In this document: one piece after another, positions 1 to 8,439 of the stretch | Numbering within the stretch: the first letter of the stretch is position 1 | Layout of the letters: each line of letters starts with the position of its first letter | Notes under the pieces: generated by a model | The model's input: the letters and a program-made list of their open reading frames with translations, nothing else | The model's database searches: none | Told to the model about the DNA's origin: nothing | Assembly (NCBI GenBank): GCA_963799485.1 | Contig: CAWCXJ010000014.1 | Coordinates: 1 to 28,964 of the forward strand | Length of the DNA: 28,964 bases | Source: an uncultured Trueperaceae bacterium | GTDB lineage: Bacteria > Deinococcota > Deinococci > Deinococcales > Trueperaceae | Direction: 5' to 3' | Made by a program: the position numbers and the translations under genes

Positions 1-571
1 AAAGGTCTTGTACAGCGGGTTTATGTCGGGCCACGATGCGCCCCACTGTTGCAGGATGTACGTTAAAGAGCCGTGCGACTTGTGCTGCCGGTCTGCCGCC
101 TTGCAAGACCATCACAGCAATCTCTTTCTCCTGGTGCGGCTTAAGCTTTTTCCGCCTGCCGCCGGTGCGCCCACTTGCTTTAGCCTCCCTGAGCCCGACC
201 AAGGTACGCTCGCGGATCATCGCTCGCTCGAATTCGGCGAACGCGCCCACCATCTGCATCATCATGCGGCCTGCAGGCGTGGTGGTATCAATCGCTTCAG
301 TGAGACTTTTGAAGCCTGCGCCCTTCGCTTCAATGTGTTCAAGTAAGCTCAGCAGGTCTTTAAGACTCCGGCTCAAGCGGTCGAGCTTCCAAACTAAAAC
401 CACATCACCAGGACGGAGTTGCCCTAACAACCGGTGCAGTTCGGGTCTATCCCAACGCCCACCTGAAGCGCGCTCGGTAAAAACCGGCTCTGCTCCCGCT
501 GCGTTAAGTACGCGCTCTTGCGCTTTGGTGTCTTGTTCATCGGTCGAGACTCGAGCGTAGCCAAAAACCAT
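1..571 (-). CDS. tnpR: Serine recombinase/resolvase (3' end runs off the window; not in the ORF track)
   Basis: Manual translation from ATG 571: MVFGYARVSTDEQDT...ERASGGRWDRPEL...VLVWKLDRLSRSL...DTTTPAGRMMMQMVGAFAEFERAMIRERT..., followed by a C-terminal HTH; 190 codons open to the window edge; GGAG just upstream. Confidence 0.93.
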   Translation of the reverse strand, partial: MVFGYARVSTDEQDTKAQERVLNAAGAEPVFTERASGGRWDRPELHRLLGQLRPGDVVLVWKLDRLSRSLKDLLSLLEHIEAKGAGFKSLTEAIDTTTPAGRMMMQMVGAFAEFERAMIRERTLVGLREAKASGRTGGRRKKLKPHQEKEIAVMVLQGGRPAAQVARLFNVHPATVGRIVARHKPAVQDL

Positions 572-580
572 GCTCCATCA

Positions 581-691
581 TTGCACAAACCTGTCGCTTT
601 TTAAGATGGTTTTGCAAGAGGTTTATGCAAGTCGCTTTGGGCGCTTCCCATCGCAACTGAAGAAGCGTTGCATAAAGGTTCGTTTGCGCAA
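581..691. promoter_or_regulatory. Probable res site / divergent promoter region
   Basis: Half-sites TTGCACAAACC (581-591), GGTTTTGCAA (608-617), GGTTTATGCAA (620-630), TTGCATAAA (668-676) and TTTGCGCAA (683-691) in inverted arrangement between tnpR and tnpA. Confidence 0.65.
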
Positions 692-717
692 GGCGAGGGG
701 GCCATACATAATGACCT

Positions 718-3711
718 GTGCCTGTTCAATTCCTTACTGATGAACACCGTAGCCGGTACGCGCGTTTCGTCGGTGAGCCGAGCGACGCCCAACTCGCCCG
801 CTACTTTCTACTGAGTACAGGTGACTTGGAGCTGATCCGAACCAAAGCGGAAGCTCACACCCAGCTCGGCTTTGCACTCCAGCTCGTGACGGTTCGGTTT
901 CTCGGAACCCTCTTGGATGAGCCTGACGACGTACCTTTGAACGTGAAGCACTACGTCGCCAGACAGGCAGGCGTTTCGGCGGCAACTGATTTGAGTGCTT
1001 ATAAGCAGAGTAAGACGCGCTACCGACATGTTGAGGAGATCAAGGCCCGCTTCGGCTACTGCGACTTCTCCGCCCCAACTATCGGCCTCCCGTTGGTGCG
1101 CTTTCTCTACACCAGGGCAACGCTTAGTCCAGAGAGACCAATCCAGCTCTTTGACCTCGCGACCGCTTGGCTAGTCGAACGCAATGTTCTACTTCCTGGC
1201 GCGAGCGTACTCGAGCGCCTCATAGCGCGGGTTCGTGAGCGGGCCAATATAGCGTTGTGGGAAAAGCTGGCTCGGTTGCCTAATGGTAAGCAGCGTGAGA
1301 AGTTGTTAGCTTTACTCGACACCCCGGAGGGTTCACGGCTGTCTGCCCTCGAACACCTGAAACGCGCTCCCAGGCGCATCAGTGCTCAGGCGCTGCGCGA
1401 GGCCGTCTTGCGGGTCGAAAGGATTCGCCAGGTCGGCGTAGGCGAGCTTGACCTCTCAACTTTTCCAAGTGCGCAACTTAAAGCGTTGGCCCGCTACGGC
1501 GTCACCTCCTGGGTAGGGACGGTCGCCCAGCTCGCACGCGAGCGTCAAGTCGCGACGCTGCTTGCTTTTACACAGGAGCTGGAGCGTACGGCTACCGACG
1601 ACGCCTTAGACCTCTTCACGGCCCTCATGAACGACCTTTTGCGTAGCAGCAAGAACGAGGGTAAGCAAACACGGCTTAGAGGACTCAAAGCTTACGACCA
1701 GACGAGCCTTAGGTTGGCGACGGCGGTCGAGGTGGTCTTGGCGGCGCTGGACGACACCGGGCTCAGGAACGACATCTACAACAAGATTCCCAAGAACGAG
1801 CTTGCCGCTGCGCTCCACACCGTTCACACGCACGCCAGACCGCCAGAGGACAACTTCGAAGCCGAACTGATGGCGAAGTATCTGAGCGTGCGGCGTTTCC
1901 AGCAGGTAATGCTCAGGGGACTCACCTTCATCAGCAACGATGCTGGCGTTTTTGTGGCGGACGCGCTCGAGTTCTTGAACGAGATCGAGGGTAGGCGTAA
2001 CCCTCTTCTCGACGACGCGCCCAAGCGCATCATCACCCAGGGCTGGCGGCGGCACGTTTACCAAGAAAAGGGCAAGATCGATAGGCGCGCCTACACGCTT
2101 TGTGCAATGGACGCATTACAGGACGCGCTGGGGCGCAGAGATGTGTTTGTTACAAAGAGTAAGCGCTATCAAAATCCGACCGCGCAGCTTTTATCAGGCG
2201 AGGCGTGGCAGCACGTTCGCTCAGACGTCTGCCGCACTTTAGACCTGCGTCTCGAGCCGGACGGAAGCCTGACCCGTTTAGGACACGACTTGGACGAGGC
2301 GTACCGGCGCGCCGCCGAAGCCTTGCCTCGGCATGAACACGTGCATATCGAAACCGTAGACGGCAAGCAGAAGCTGATGTGGGCGCGCCTAGACAGGCTC
2401 GAAGAGCCGCCATCATTGCCCCGGCGTCGTGAGCAGACCGGCAACATGATGCCTAAAGTCAACCTCCCGGAAGTGCTTCTGGAGATAGCCGCCAAAACGG
2501 GCTTTGCCGAAGCCTTTACTCACATCAGCGCAGGGGACGTTCGTATGCCCGACCTCCGTATCAGTGTCTGCGCTGTACTACTCGCCGAAGCCTGCAACCT
2601 TGGTTTAGAGTCGTTGGTCGATGAAGACAGACCCGCCCTGACCCGCGACCGACTCTCGTACGTCCAGCAGAACTACCTCCGCTTCGACACCCTAACGGCT
2701 GCCAATGCCCGGCTCGTGGACTATCAAGCGAGGTTGCCGTTAGCCCGAATCTGGGGTGGCGGCGACGTTGCCAGCGTGGACGGGCTCCGCTTCGTGGTGC
2801 CCATCCGCACGGTGAACGCGGGGCCGAATCCTAAGTACTTCGGCTGGGGCCGGGGGATCACCTATATCAACATGGTGAGCGATCAGTTTACAGGTCTACA
2901 CGGCGTAGTCGTGCCCGGCACCTTGCGAGACTCTCTACATATTCTGGACGGACTCTTAGAACAGCAGACGAGTCTGGAACCCGTTGAAGTCATCGCCGAT
3001 ACAGCGGGGTATAGCGACCCTGTGTTCGGACTGTTCTGGCTGCTCGGCTACCAGTTCAGCCCCGCGCTAGCTGATCTGAGCGACATGCGGCTGTGGCGGC
3101 TGGATAAGGTAGCGGACTACGGCGTACTGAACACCATCTCTCATAACCGGGTTGACCTCAAACATACCCGTGAGAACTGGAGCGACCTCCTGCGCGTCGC
3201 GGGCTCCTTGAAGCTGGGCACGCTGCGCGCTTCGGACTTCATGCGCACGCTCATCAAGGGCAACCGACCCGCTTCTTCGCTCCAGAAAGCGCTCGCCGAA
3301 CTCGGTAAGATACCCAAGACCTTGTTTATGCTGGCACTCATTACCGACGAAGGCTACCGACGGCGCATTCTCGTACAGCGCAACCGCCACGAGGGTCGGC
3401 ATCGACTCGCCCGGACGATGTTCTACGGCGGGCGCGGACAGGTGAGAAAAGCATACCGGGAGGGGCAAGAGGATCAACTCGGAACACTCGGTTTGGTACT
3501 CAACATAGTCACGTTATTCAACACCATCTATCTCGGCGAGGCGCTAGCGGAGTTGGAGCGGCAGGGTGACAGGGTCAGTTTAGCGGACACCAGTAGGCTC
3601 ACGCCGCTGCTGCACGCGCACATCAACTTCACCGGGCGCTACCACTTCGCGCTGCCTAGAGCGGTTGAGCAGGGCGAGTTGCGCCCGTTGAGGGAGCCGA
3701 CGGGTCGTTAG
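718..3711 (+). CDS. tnpA: Tn3-family transposase
   Basis: 997 aa; MPVQFLT N-terminus, LGFALQLVTVRFLG, ASVDGLRFVVP, NPKYFG, DTAGYSD and LLGYQFSP motifs typical of DDE_Tnp_Tn3. Confidence 0.96.
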   Translation: MPVQFLTDEHRSRYARFVGEPSDAQLARYFLLSTGDLELIRTKAEAHTQLGFALQLVTVRFLGTLLDEPDDVPLNVKHYVARQAGVSAATDLSAYKQSKTRYRHVEEIKARFGYCDFSAPTIGLPLVRFLYTRATLSPERPIQLFDLATAWLVERNVLLPGASVLERLIARVRERANIALWEKLARLPNGKQREKLLALLDTPEGSRLSALEHLKRAPRRISAQALREAVLRVERIRQVGVGELDLSTFPSAQLKALARYGVTSWVGTVAQLARERQVATLLAFTQELERTATDDALDLFTALMNDLLRSSKNEGKQTRLRGLKAYDQTSLRLATAVEVVLAALDDTGLRNDIYNKIPKNELAAALHTVHTHARPPEDNFEAELMAKYLSVRRFQQVMLRGLTFISNDAGVFVADALEFLNEIEGRRNPLLDDAPKRIITQGWRRHVYQEKGKIDRRAYTLCAMDALQDALGRRDVFVTKSKRYQNPTAQLLSGEAWQHVRSDVCRTLDLRLEPDGSLTRLGHDLDEAYRRAAEALPRHEHVHIETVDGKQKLMWARLDRLEEPPSLPRRREQTGNMMPKVNLPEVLLEIAAKTGFAEAFTHISAGDVRMPDLRISVCAVLLAEACNLGLESLVDEDRPALTRDRLSYVQQNYLRFDTLTAANARLVDYQARLPLARIWGGGDVASVDGLRFVVPIRTVNAGPNPKYFGWGRGITYINMVSDQFTGLHGVVVPGTLRDSLHILDGLLEQQTSLEPVEVIADTAGYSDPVFGLFWLLGYQFSPALADLSDMRLWRLDKVADYGVLNTISHNRVDLKHTRENWSDLLRVAGSLKLGTLRASDFMRTLIKGNRPASSLQKALAELGKIPKTLFMLALITDEGYRRRILVQRNRHEGRHRLARTMFYGGRGQVRKAYREGQEDQLGTLGLVLNIVTLFNTIYLGEALAELERQGDRVSLADTSRLTPLLHAHINFTGRYHFALPRAVEQGELRPLREPTGR

Positions 3712-3726
3712 ACCGTTCGGAACGGG

Positions 3727-3764
3727 CTTACTACCTTTTTCATGAGAGTCCATGTCCAATTCCT
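3727..3764 (-). repeat. Candidate Tn3 right terminal inverted repeat (38 bp)
   Basis: Minus strand reads AGGAATTGGACATGGACTCTCATGAAAAAGGTAGTAAG: 38 bp with an A-run and inner TAAG end like Tn3 IRs, 15 bp after the tnpA stop; IS630 coding sequence begins about here. The partner IR is not in the window. Confidence 0.55.
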
Positions 3765-4072
3765 GTTCCGGTAGTTGTTAAAGCCCAATACGACTATGAA
3801 TACGAACGTAACGGGACGGGCAACCTGTTTATGTTTTTCGCGCCTTTAGCGGCTTGGCGGCACGTCAAAGTCACAGAAAGACGCACCATGATCGATTTTG
3901 CACGGTGTATGCGTGACTTAGTTGACATCCATTTTCCCAAAGCCGAGAAGATTATTCTGGTTATGGACAACCTCAACACCCACAAACTCGCGTCGCTTTA
4001 CAAAGCTTTTGAAGCTGCTGAAGCAAGACGTATCATCGAAAAGTTAGAACTTCACCACACGCCTAAACACGG
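3765..4072 (+). pseudogene. IS630-family transposase internal fragment
   Basis: YDYEYERNGTGNLFMFFAPL...ILVMDNLNTH...LELHHTPKHG; truncated at the 5' end by the Tn3 end and at the 3' end by IS3, just before the expected SWLN motif. Confidence 0.88.
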
Positions 4073-4083
4073 TGAGGGGATCC

Positions 4084-4938
4084 CTAAGCTTGGGCCATTT
4101 CGGATGTGAGTCTAGGCAGGTGTAGCTTACCTGTTTCGAGGGCTTCTGCCAAGACAGCATGGGGTGTCCGGTAGCCAAGTGCTCCGTGAGGTCGGTGTTC
4201 GTTATAGTCTTGCCGCCACTTTTCGCTTAGTACACGGGCTTCGGGGGTAGAGGTAAATACTTCCAGGTTCAAGAGTTCATCCCGGAAACGGCTGTTGAAG
4301 CTTTCACAGTAACCGTACGGCAAAGCCTCGGCGCTGCGCTGAATTTGCCAGGGTGAGCCGGGGTCGATGTAAAGCGTTTTGATGGTAGCGTCGGTGACGA
4401 ACTTTTGCAGTGTTTGGGCGATGAACTCGGGGCCGTTATCACAGCGGATGAAGCTGGGCGCTCCGTGCAGGGTGATAAGACGCTCGCGTTCGGTTACAAC
4501 GTTATGGCTGGTCATATTGCGCTCGACCTTAATACTTAAACAGGAGCGAGAGAACTCGTCAATGACCGTTAAGAACTTGAGCCGTCCGCCACTTAAAGTC
4601 GTGTCCATGATGAAGTCAAGCGCCCAAACATGATGGGCGTATTCTGGTTTACGCCGGTGGCAGGCGTTCTCGCCATTACCCAAACGGGTTCGTTTATGCG
4701 TCCGGCTTGGCACCTTTAGTCCTTCAGCCCGCCATAGCCGCTGAACTCTCTTACGGTTCACGTGCCAGTGTTCTTCGTTAAGCTTGGCGGTGATCCGCCG
4801 ATAGCCGTAACGGGGATGTTCCAAAGCTAGTTCGTGCAAGCGTTTAACCAGCACTTTGTCCTTCTCTATCCGTAGGGGCTGATATCGCTGCGTACTCCTA
4901 ACTTGCCCAAGTACTCGGCAGATCCGCCGTTCGCTCAC
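4084..4938 (-). CDS. IS3 transposase OrfB (rve/DDE), probably expressed as an OrfAB -1 frameshift fusion
   Basis: YGYRRI, VNRKRVQRLWR, WALDF, DNGPEF, ESFNSRFRDE and YNEHRPHGALG motifs; the frame stays open upstream into the orfA end (KVLTPRTRRDAVTHVRRELGVSERR). Confidence 0.92.
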   Translation of the reverse strand: MSERRICRVLGQVRSTQRYQPLRIEKDKVLVKRLHELALEHPRYGYRRITAKLNEEHWHVNRKRVQRLWRAEGLKVPSRTHKRTRLGNGENACHRRKPEYAHHVWALDFIMDTTLSGGRLKFLTVIDEFSRSCLSIKVERNMTSHNVVTERERLITLHGAPSFIRCDNGPEFIAQTLQKFVTDATIKTLYIDPGSPWQIQRSAEALPYGYCESFNSRFRDELLNLEVFTSTPEARVLSEKWRQDYNEHRPHGALGYRTPHAVLAEALETGKLHLPRLTSEMAQA

Positions 4939-4988
4939 GCCCAGTTCGCGCCGGACATGAGTTACAGCGTCACGGCGCGTTCTGGGCG

Positions 4989-5270
4989 TTAGAACTTTGT
5001 TTTTAGTGCCTCCTTAAGAATATCGTTATCAAGGTCCTTCTCCGCCAGCAGTTTCTTCAGCCGGGCGTTTTCCTTCTCCAACTCTCTTAACTGCTTAGCA
5101 TCGCTTTTCCCCATGCCACCGTACTTTTGCCGCCAGCGGTAAAAGCTCCACTCACTGATACCGAGGGTGCGACACGCCTCCGCCGCCGTCTTTCCCTGGT
5201 TAGTTGCCTTCTCGACGTTGCGGAGAATGTCGATGATCTGCTCGGGGGTATGAGTCTTTCGCATGGCCAT
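4989..5270 (-). CDS. IS3 transposase OrfA (HTH)
   Basis: HTPEQII...CRTLGISEWSFYRWRQKYGGM...LRELEKENARLKKLLAE; typical IS407-group OrfA. Confidence 0.92.
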   Translation of the reverse strand: MAMRKTHTPEQIIDILRNVEKATNQGKTAAEACRTLGISEWSFYRWRQKYGGMGKSDAKQLRELEKENARLKKLLAEKDLDNDILKEALKTKF

Positions 5271-5323
5271 TCCTCTCAGCCTGACTCACATTCCGCTTGG
5301 CTCAGGTTTCGGGGGTCACGTCA

Positions 5324-5424
5324 CATCTAAAAATGCTCTGATTTTATGCCACTCTCTAGCCTTGAGTTTCACCTGCGTCATGCCTTTTTCTAGCAACTCA
5401 GCACATGAGATTGTCAACAGAGCC
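5324..5424 (-). mobile_element. Truncated IS5 (IS427-group) left end, 101 bp
   Basis: Matches the first 101 bp of the full copies, including IR GGCTCTGTTGACA, with one SNP; cut by IS3 copy 1; flanked by TA. Confidence 0.92.
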
Positions 5425-6659
5425 TAGAAAAACGCGATTTCCTCATTGCATAGAGCGTGGTAAGCGTAAACATAAAGTCCTGCCGACCATGCTTGCAAAG
5501 GATAGCCCATCGGCCTGCCCGTAACCCCGTGGTGCCATTCGTTAAACTCCCACTCGCCATGGACGCCTTTTTGAACGGCTTTAGCAAGCAGGTGAAGCTG
5601 TGCTTCGGCCTGAACTTTTCGACCTCCTTTGACTAGGGCTGCGACGTAGAAGCCACCCAAAAAGGGCCGGATACCCCCATTGTGATATTGGTGCGGCAAG
5701 TTTAGATTGCGACTTCGAAAATACTCACGCCAATCGCGTTCACCGGGATAAATAGGCGGAGAAAACGCTTTGAAAGGGTAAGGGTGGTCAGCCCCCGATG
5801 CGTGGGCGTAATCTAAAATCCGCTGGCTTTTCCCTGCGTCGGCGACGCCGGTTAAGACAGCTAAGGTGTTACCAAACCCGTCAAAGGTATGACCAAACTC
5901 ACGAAATCCGACCCACGGCAGATAGTAGGGTGCTTCGGTGAGCGTTGCCATGTTCTGATAAAGCAAAACCCACTCGAGCCGCATGGCTTTAAGGCTTTCG
6001 AGCTGCTCACCAAACACCCGTCCATCCCAAGGTCTGTCTAGCCACAAGAGTAAATTGAGTTTGCGTGCCACGTCGTTAGCTTGCTCGAGATACCCTTGCG
6101 ACGCTTTGCCTAACGCTTCAGCCAGCCCCGCCATCATCCGTAGCGCTGCGGCGTAGAGCACGTTGTCGTACAGGACGTTGTAGCGCACCGAGTAGAGATC
6201 AGCCCAATCGCCCGCTTCAGGTACTTCTAAAAGGCCACAGTCATTCATATCCTGATACCGAAGCCAGAGTAGCGCCTGGGTCAATTTGGGCCACTGAGCA
6301 CGGATAAAAGTCTTGTCGGCGGTTGTTTCCAAATAACAGAAGTGCCCGATGATAAACCATGAGTTTGCGTCAACCGCACCTGCGTTTTCCGTCGTCACCT
6401 TACCTGTACGGGTGTCAATGTTGAGGTGAATCATACCGAGGTCGGTCTGCTTGCTGCTGAGGGTCTCGAGTGACGCCCTAGCACATGCAATCAGCTCAGC
6501 GTCTCCCGTCAAGAGCGCGCCGAGCGAGGTGATAGGGGCGTCTCTAGCCCAGACTTGGGGATAGCCACCTGCAAGCGCCGACGCCTTAAAGCCGAGGGGT
6601 GAAACGCAGCGGCGTAAGACCTCCAACGCTTTTTCATAAGCCGTATCGACTAGTGCCAC
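5424..6659 (-). CDS. (alpha/alpha)6 glycoside hydrolase, GH100 neutral-invertase / amylo-alpha-1,6-glucosidase-like
   Basis: YPQVWARD, AVDANSWF, PEAGDWAD, LYDNVLY, YHNGG(I)RP, EFNEWHHG and QAWSA motifs. Start moved from TTG 6674 to GTG 6659, which has GGAGGT 7 nt upstream. Confidence 0.82.
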   Translation of the reverse strand: MALVDTAYEKALEVLRRCVSPLGFKASALAGGYPQVWARDAPITSLGALLTGDAELIACARASLETLSSKQTDLGMIHLNIDTRTGKVTTENAGAVDANSWFIIGHFCYLETTADKTFIRAQWPKLTQALLWLRYQDMNDCGLLEVPEAGDWADLYSVRYNVLYDNVLYAAALRMMAGLAEALGKASQGYLEQANDVARKLNLLLWLDRPWDGRVFGEQLESLKAMRLEWVLLYQNMATLTEAPYYLPWVGFREFGHTFDGFGNTLAVLTGVADAGKSQRILDYAHASGADHPYPFKAFSPPIYPGERDWREYFRSRNLNLPHQYHNGGIRPFLGGFYVAALVKGGRKVQAEAQLHLLAKAVQKGVHGEWEFNEWHHGVTGRPMGYPLQAWSAGLYVYAYHALCNEEIAFF

Positions 6660-6660
6660 G

Positions 6661-7545
6661 TCAGCGACCTCCAAGTCCGGTCATAGCAATACCTTTGATA
6701 AAGTAGCGCTGCGCGAAGATGAAGACCAGCAAAACCGGAACCAGGGCAATCACCGAACCTGCCATGAGTAGTGTCCAGGCCGTATTGTACTGGCCTTGCA
6801 ACGTCCTCAAACCCACCGTCAGGGTGCTCATCTCCGTGCTGTTCGTAACAACGAGTGGGTAGAGAAAACTGTTCCACTGGGCTAAGAACGTGAAAATGGC
6901 CAAGGCAGAGAGAGCTGGGCCGGACAAAGGCAGGATGACGCGGCTGTAGATTTGCCAGTAGCTTGCGCCGTCGACGACGGCGGCGTCCTCGAGCTCGCGA
7001 GGGATCGTCAGAAAATACTGCCGCAGCAAAAACGTGCCGAAGGCGCTAAATGCTGCAGGCAGAATGAGCGCCTGATAGGTGTCGATCCAGCCTAGCGTTC
7101 TGAGCAGGATGAAGTTCGGGATGATGACGACTTGCCCCGGAATCATCAGCGTTCCTAAGTAACCCAGAAAAAGTGCGTCTCTGCCGGGAAACCGCAGCCG
7201 CGCGAACGCATAGGCGGCCAACGAGCAAGTCAGGAGTTGAAGCGCTGTCACGCTTAGCGCCACGATGAGGCTGTTTAGGAAAAAGCGGACGAACGGCAAA
7301 ATCTCAGTAACCTGCAGATAGTTTTGCCATACCAGCGGTTTAGGTATCCAGGTCGGTGGATACTCGAACACCGCTCCGGCCAGCTTGAGAGAGGTCGAAA
7401 GCATCCAGATAAAGGGCAAGAGCATCAGTAGCGCCGTGGGAATCAAGAAAAGTGCCAGCAACCAATTGGTCAACGTATAACGCGTCTTTTCGACCTTGAG
7501 AGCACGCCCGGTTTGCCTTTGGTTGTTAGCTGTAGGCTCAGTCAT
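6661..7545 (-). CDS. Carbohydrate ABC transporter permease (MalG-like)
   Basis: Six predicted TM segments; EAA loop IPRELEDAAVVDGAS; WNSFLYPL. Confidence 0.95.
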   Translation of the reverse strand: MTEPTANNQRQTGRALKVEKTRYTLTNWLLALFLIPTALLMLLPFIWMLSTSLKLAGAVFEYPPTWIPKPLVWQNYLQVTEILPFVRFFLNSLIVALSVTALQLLTCSLAAYAFARLRFPGRDALFLGYLGTLMIPGQVVIIPNFILLRTLGWIDTYQALILPAAFSAFGTFLLRQYFLTIPRELEDAAVVDGASYWQIYSRVILPLSGPALSALAIFTFLAQWNSFLYPLVVTNSTEMSTLTVGLRTLQGQYNTAWTLLMAGSVIALVPVLLVFIFAQRYFIKGIAMTGLGGR

Positions 7546-8437
7546 AATTTACCCAGCGCCGCTGTAAGCGGAACTGCAAAAGCGTGACAACAAAGATGAT
7601 GGCGAACAGCACCCAAGCCATCGCCGAAGCGTAACCCATGTTGAAAAACTGAAAGGCGTTCTGGTAGATGTTGTAGACAATCGTGTTGGTCGCGTTCGCC
7701 GGGCCGCCCTGGGTCATGATAAACGCTTGATCGAAGACCTGAAAAGAGTTGATAACACCGATCACCAGCACAAAGAACGTGGTTGCTGAGAGCATAGGGA
7801 GGGTAACAAAAAGAAACCGTGCCAACGGTCCTGCTCCGTCGATCTTAGCAGCCTCGTAGAGTTGCTGAGGGACGCCCTGCAGACCCGCGAGAAAAAGCAC
7901 CATCGAATAGCCGACTTGCTGCCAGACGCTCATGATGATGACCGACACCAGCGCCCAGCGCGTACTACCCAACCAGTTGGGTGGGTCTTGAATCCCGATC
8001 ATGTACAAAAAACTATTGAGTAGGCCGAAGTCGTAGTTAAAAATCCAGCGCCACACGAGCGCGACGGCAACGGTCGAAGCAACCACCGGCATAAAGTAGG
8101 CGGTGCGGAAGAAAAGCTGTCCGGGGATACGCTGGTTGAGTGCTATTGCTACGGCTAGCGCCAAGGCCATCTGCAAAGGGACGGTGCCGAGGACGTAAAG
8201 TGCTGTATTACGTAAGATTTGACGGAAAAGTGGGTCGGTGGCAAGTTCGCGGTAGTTTTCAAAGCCGGCCCAAGCGGGCGGCGTCAGCAAATCCCAGTCG
8301 GTAAAGCTGATTGCCAGCGCCGCCAGCACCGGTAAAAAGGTAAAAACGGCAAATCCCAGGAGGTTAGGAAGCAAAAACCCATAAGCTGCGGACGCTTCAC
8401 GGCGGCGTAGCCGGTAGCGGGGGCTCGAGGAGGCCAA
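7538..8437 (-). CDS. Carbohydrate ABC transporter permease (MalF-like)
   Basis: GFENY, LAGLQGVPQQLYEAAKIDGA, FQVFDQ, TQGGPANAT and GYASA motifs; TTG start with GAGGA RBS. Confidence 0.95.
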   Translation of the reverse strand: MASSSPRYRLRRREASAAYGFLLPNLLGFAVFTFLPVLAALAISFTDWDLLTPPAWAGFENYRELATDPLFRQILRNTALYVLGTVPLQMALALAVAIALNQRIPGQLFFRTAYFMPVVASTVAVALVWRWIFNYDFGLLNSFLYMIGIQDPPNWLGSTRWALVSVIIMSVWQQVGYSMVLFLAGLQGVPQQLYEAAKIDGAGPLARFLFVTLPMLSATTFFVLVIGVINSFQVFDQAFIMTQGGPANATNTIVYNIYQNAFQFFNMGYASAMAWVLFAIIFVVTLLQFRLQRRWVNYD

Positions 8438-8439
8438 CC

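Larger units (their letters stand above)
1..3764. mobile_element. Tn3-family transposon (left end outside window): divergent resolvase and transposase with res region
   Basis: Serine resolvase (-) and 997-aa Tn3 transposase (+) diverge from a 146-bp intergenic region with repeated TTGCA(T/C)AAA half-sites; candidate 38-bp terminal IR at 3727-3764. Confidence 0.88.
4073..5323 (-). mobile_element. IS3-family (IS407-group-like) element, copy 1, 1251 bp
   Basis: TG..CA termini; imperfect IRs TGACGTGACCCCCGAAACCTGAGCC.. and TGAGGGGATCCCTAAGCTTGGGCC..; orfA/orfB organisation; inverted copy at 12776-14026. Confidence 0.95.

Noticed and set aside
8..560. Plus-strand ORFs 8-346 and 36-560
   Set aside because: Antisense shadows of the resolvase, which has full family motifs on the minus strand.
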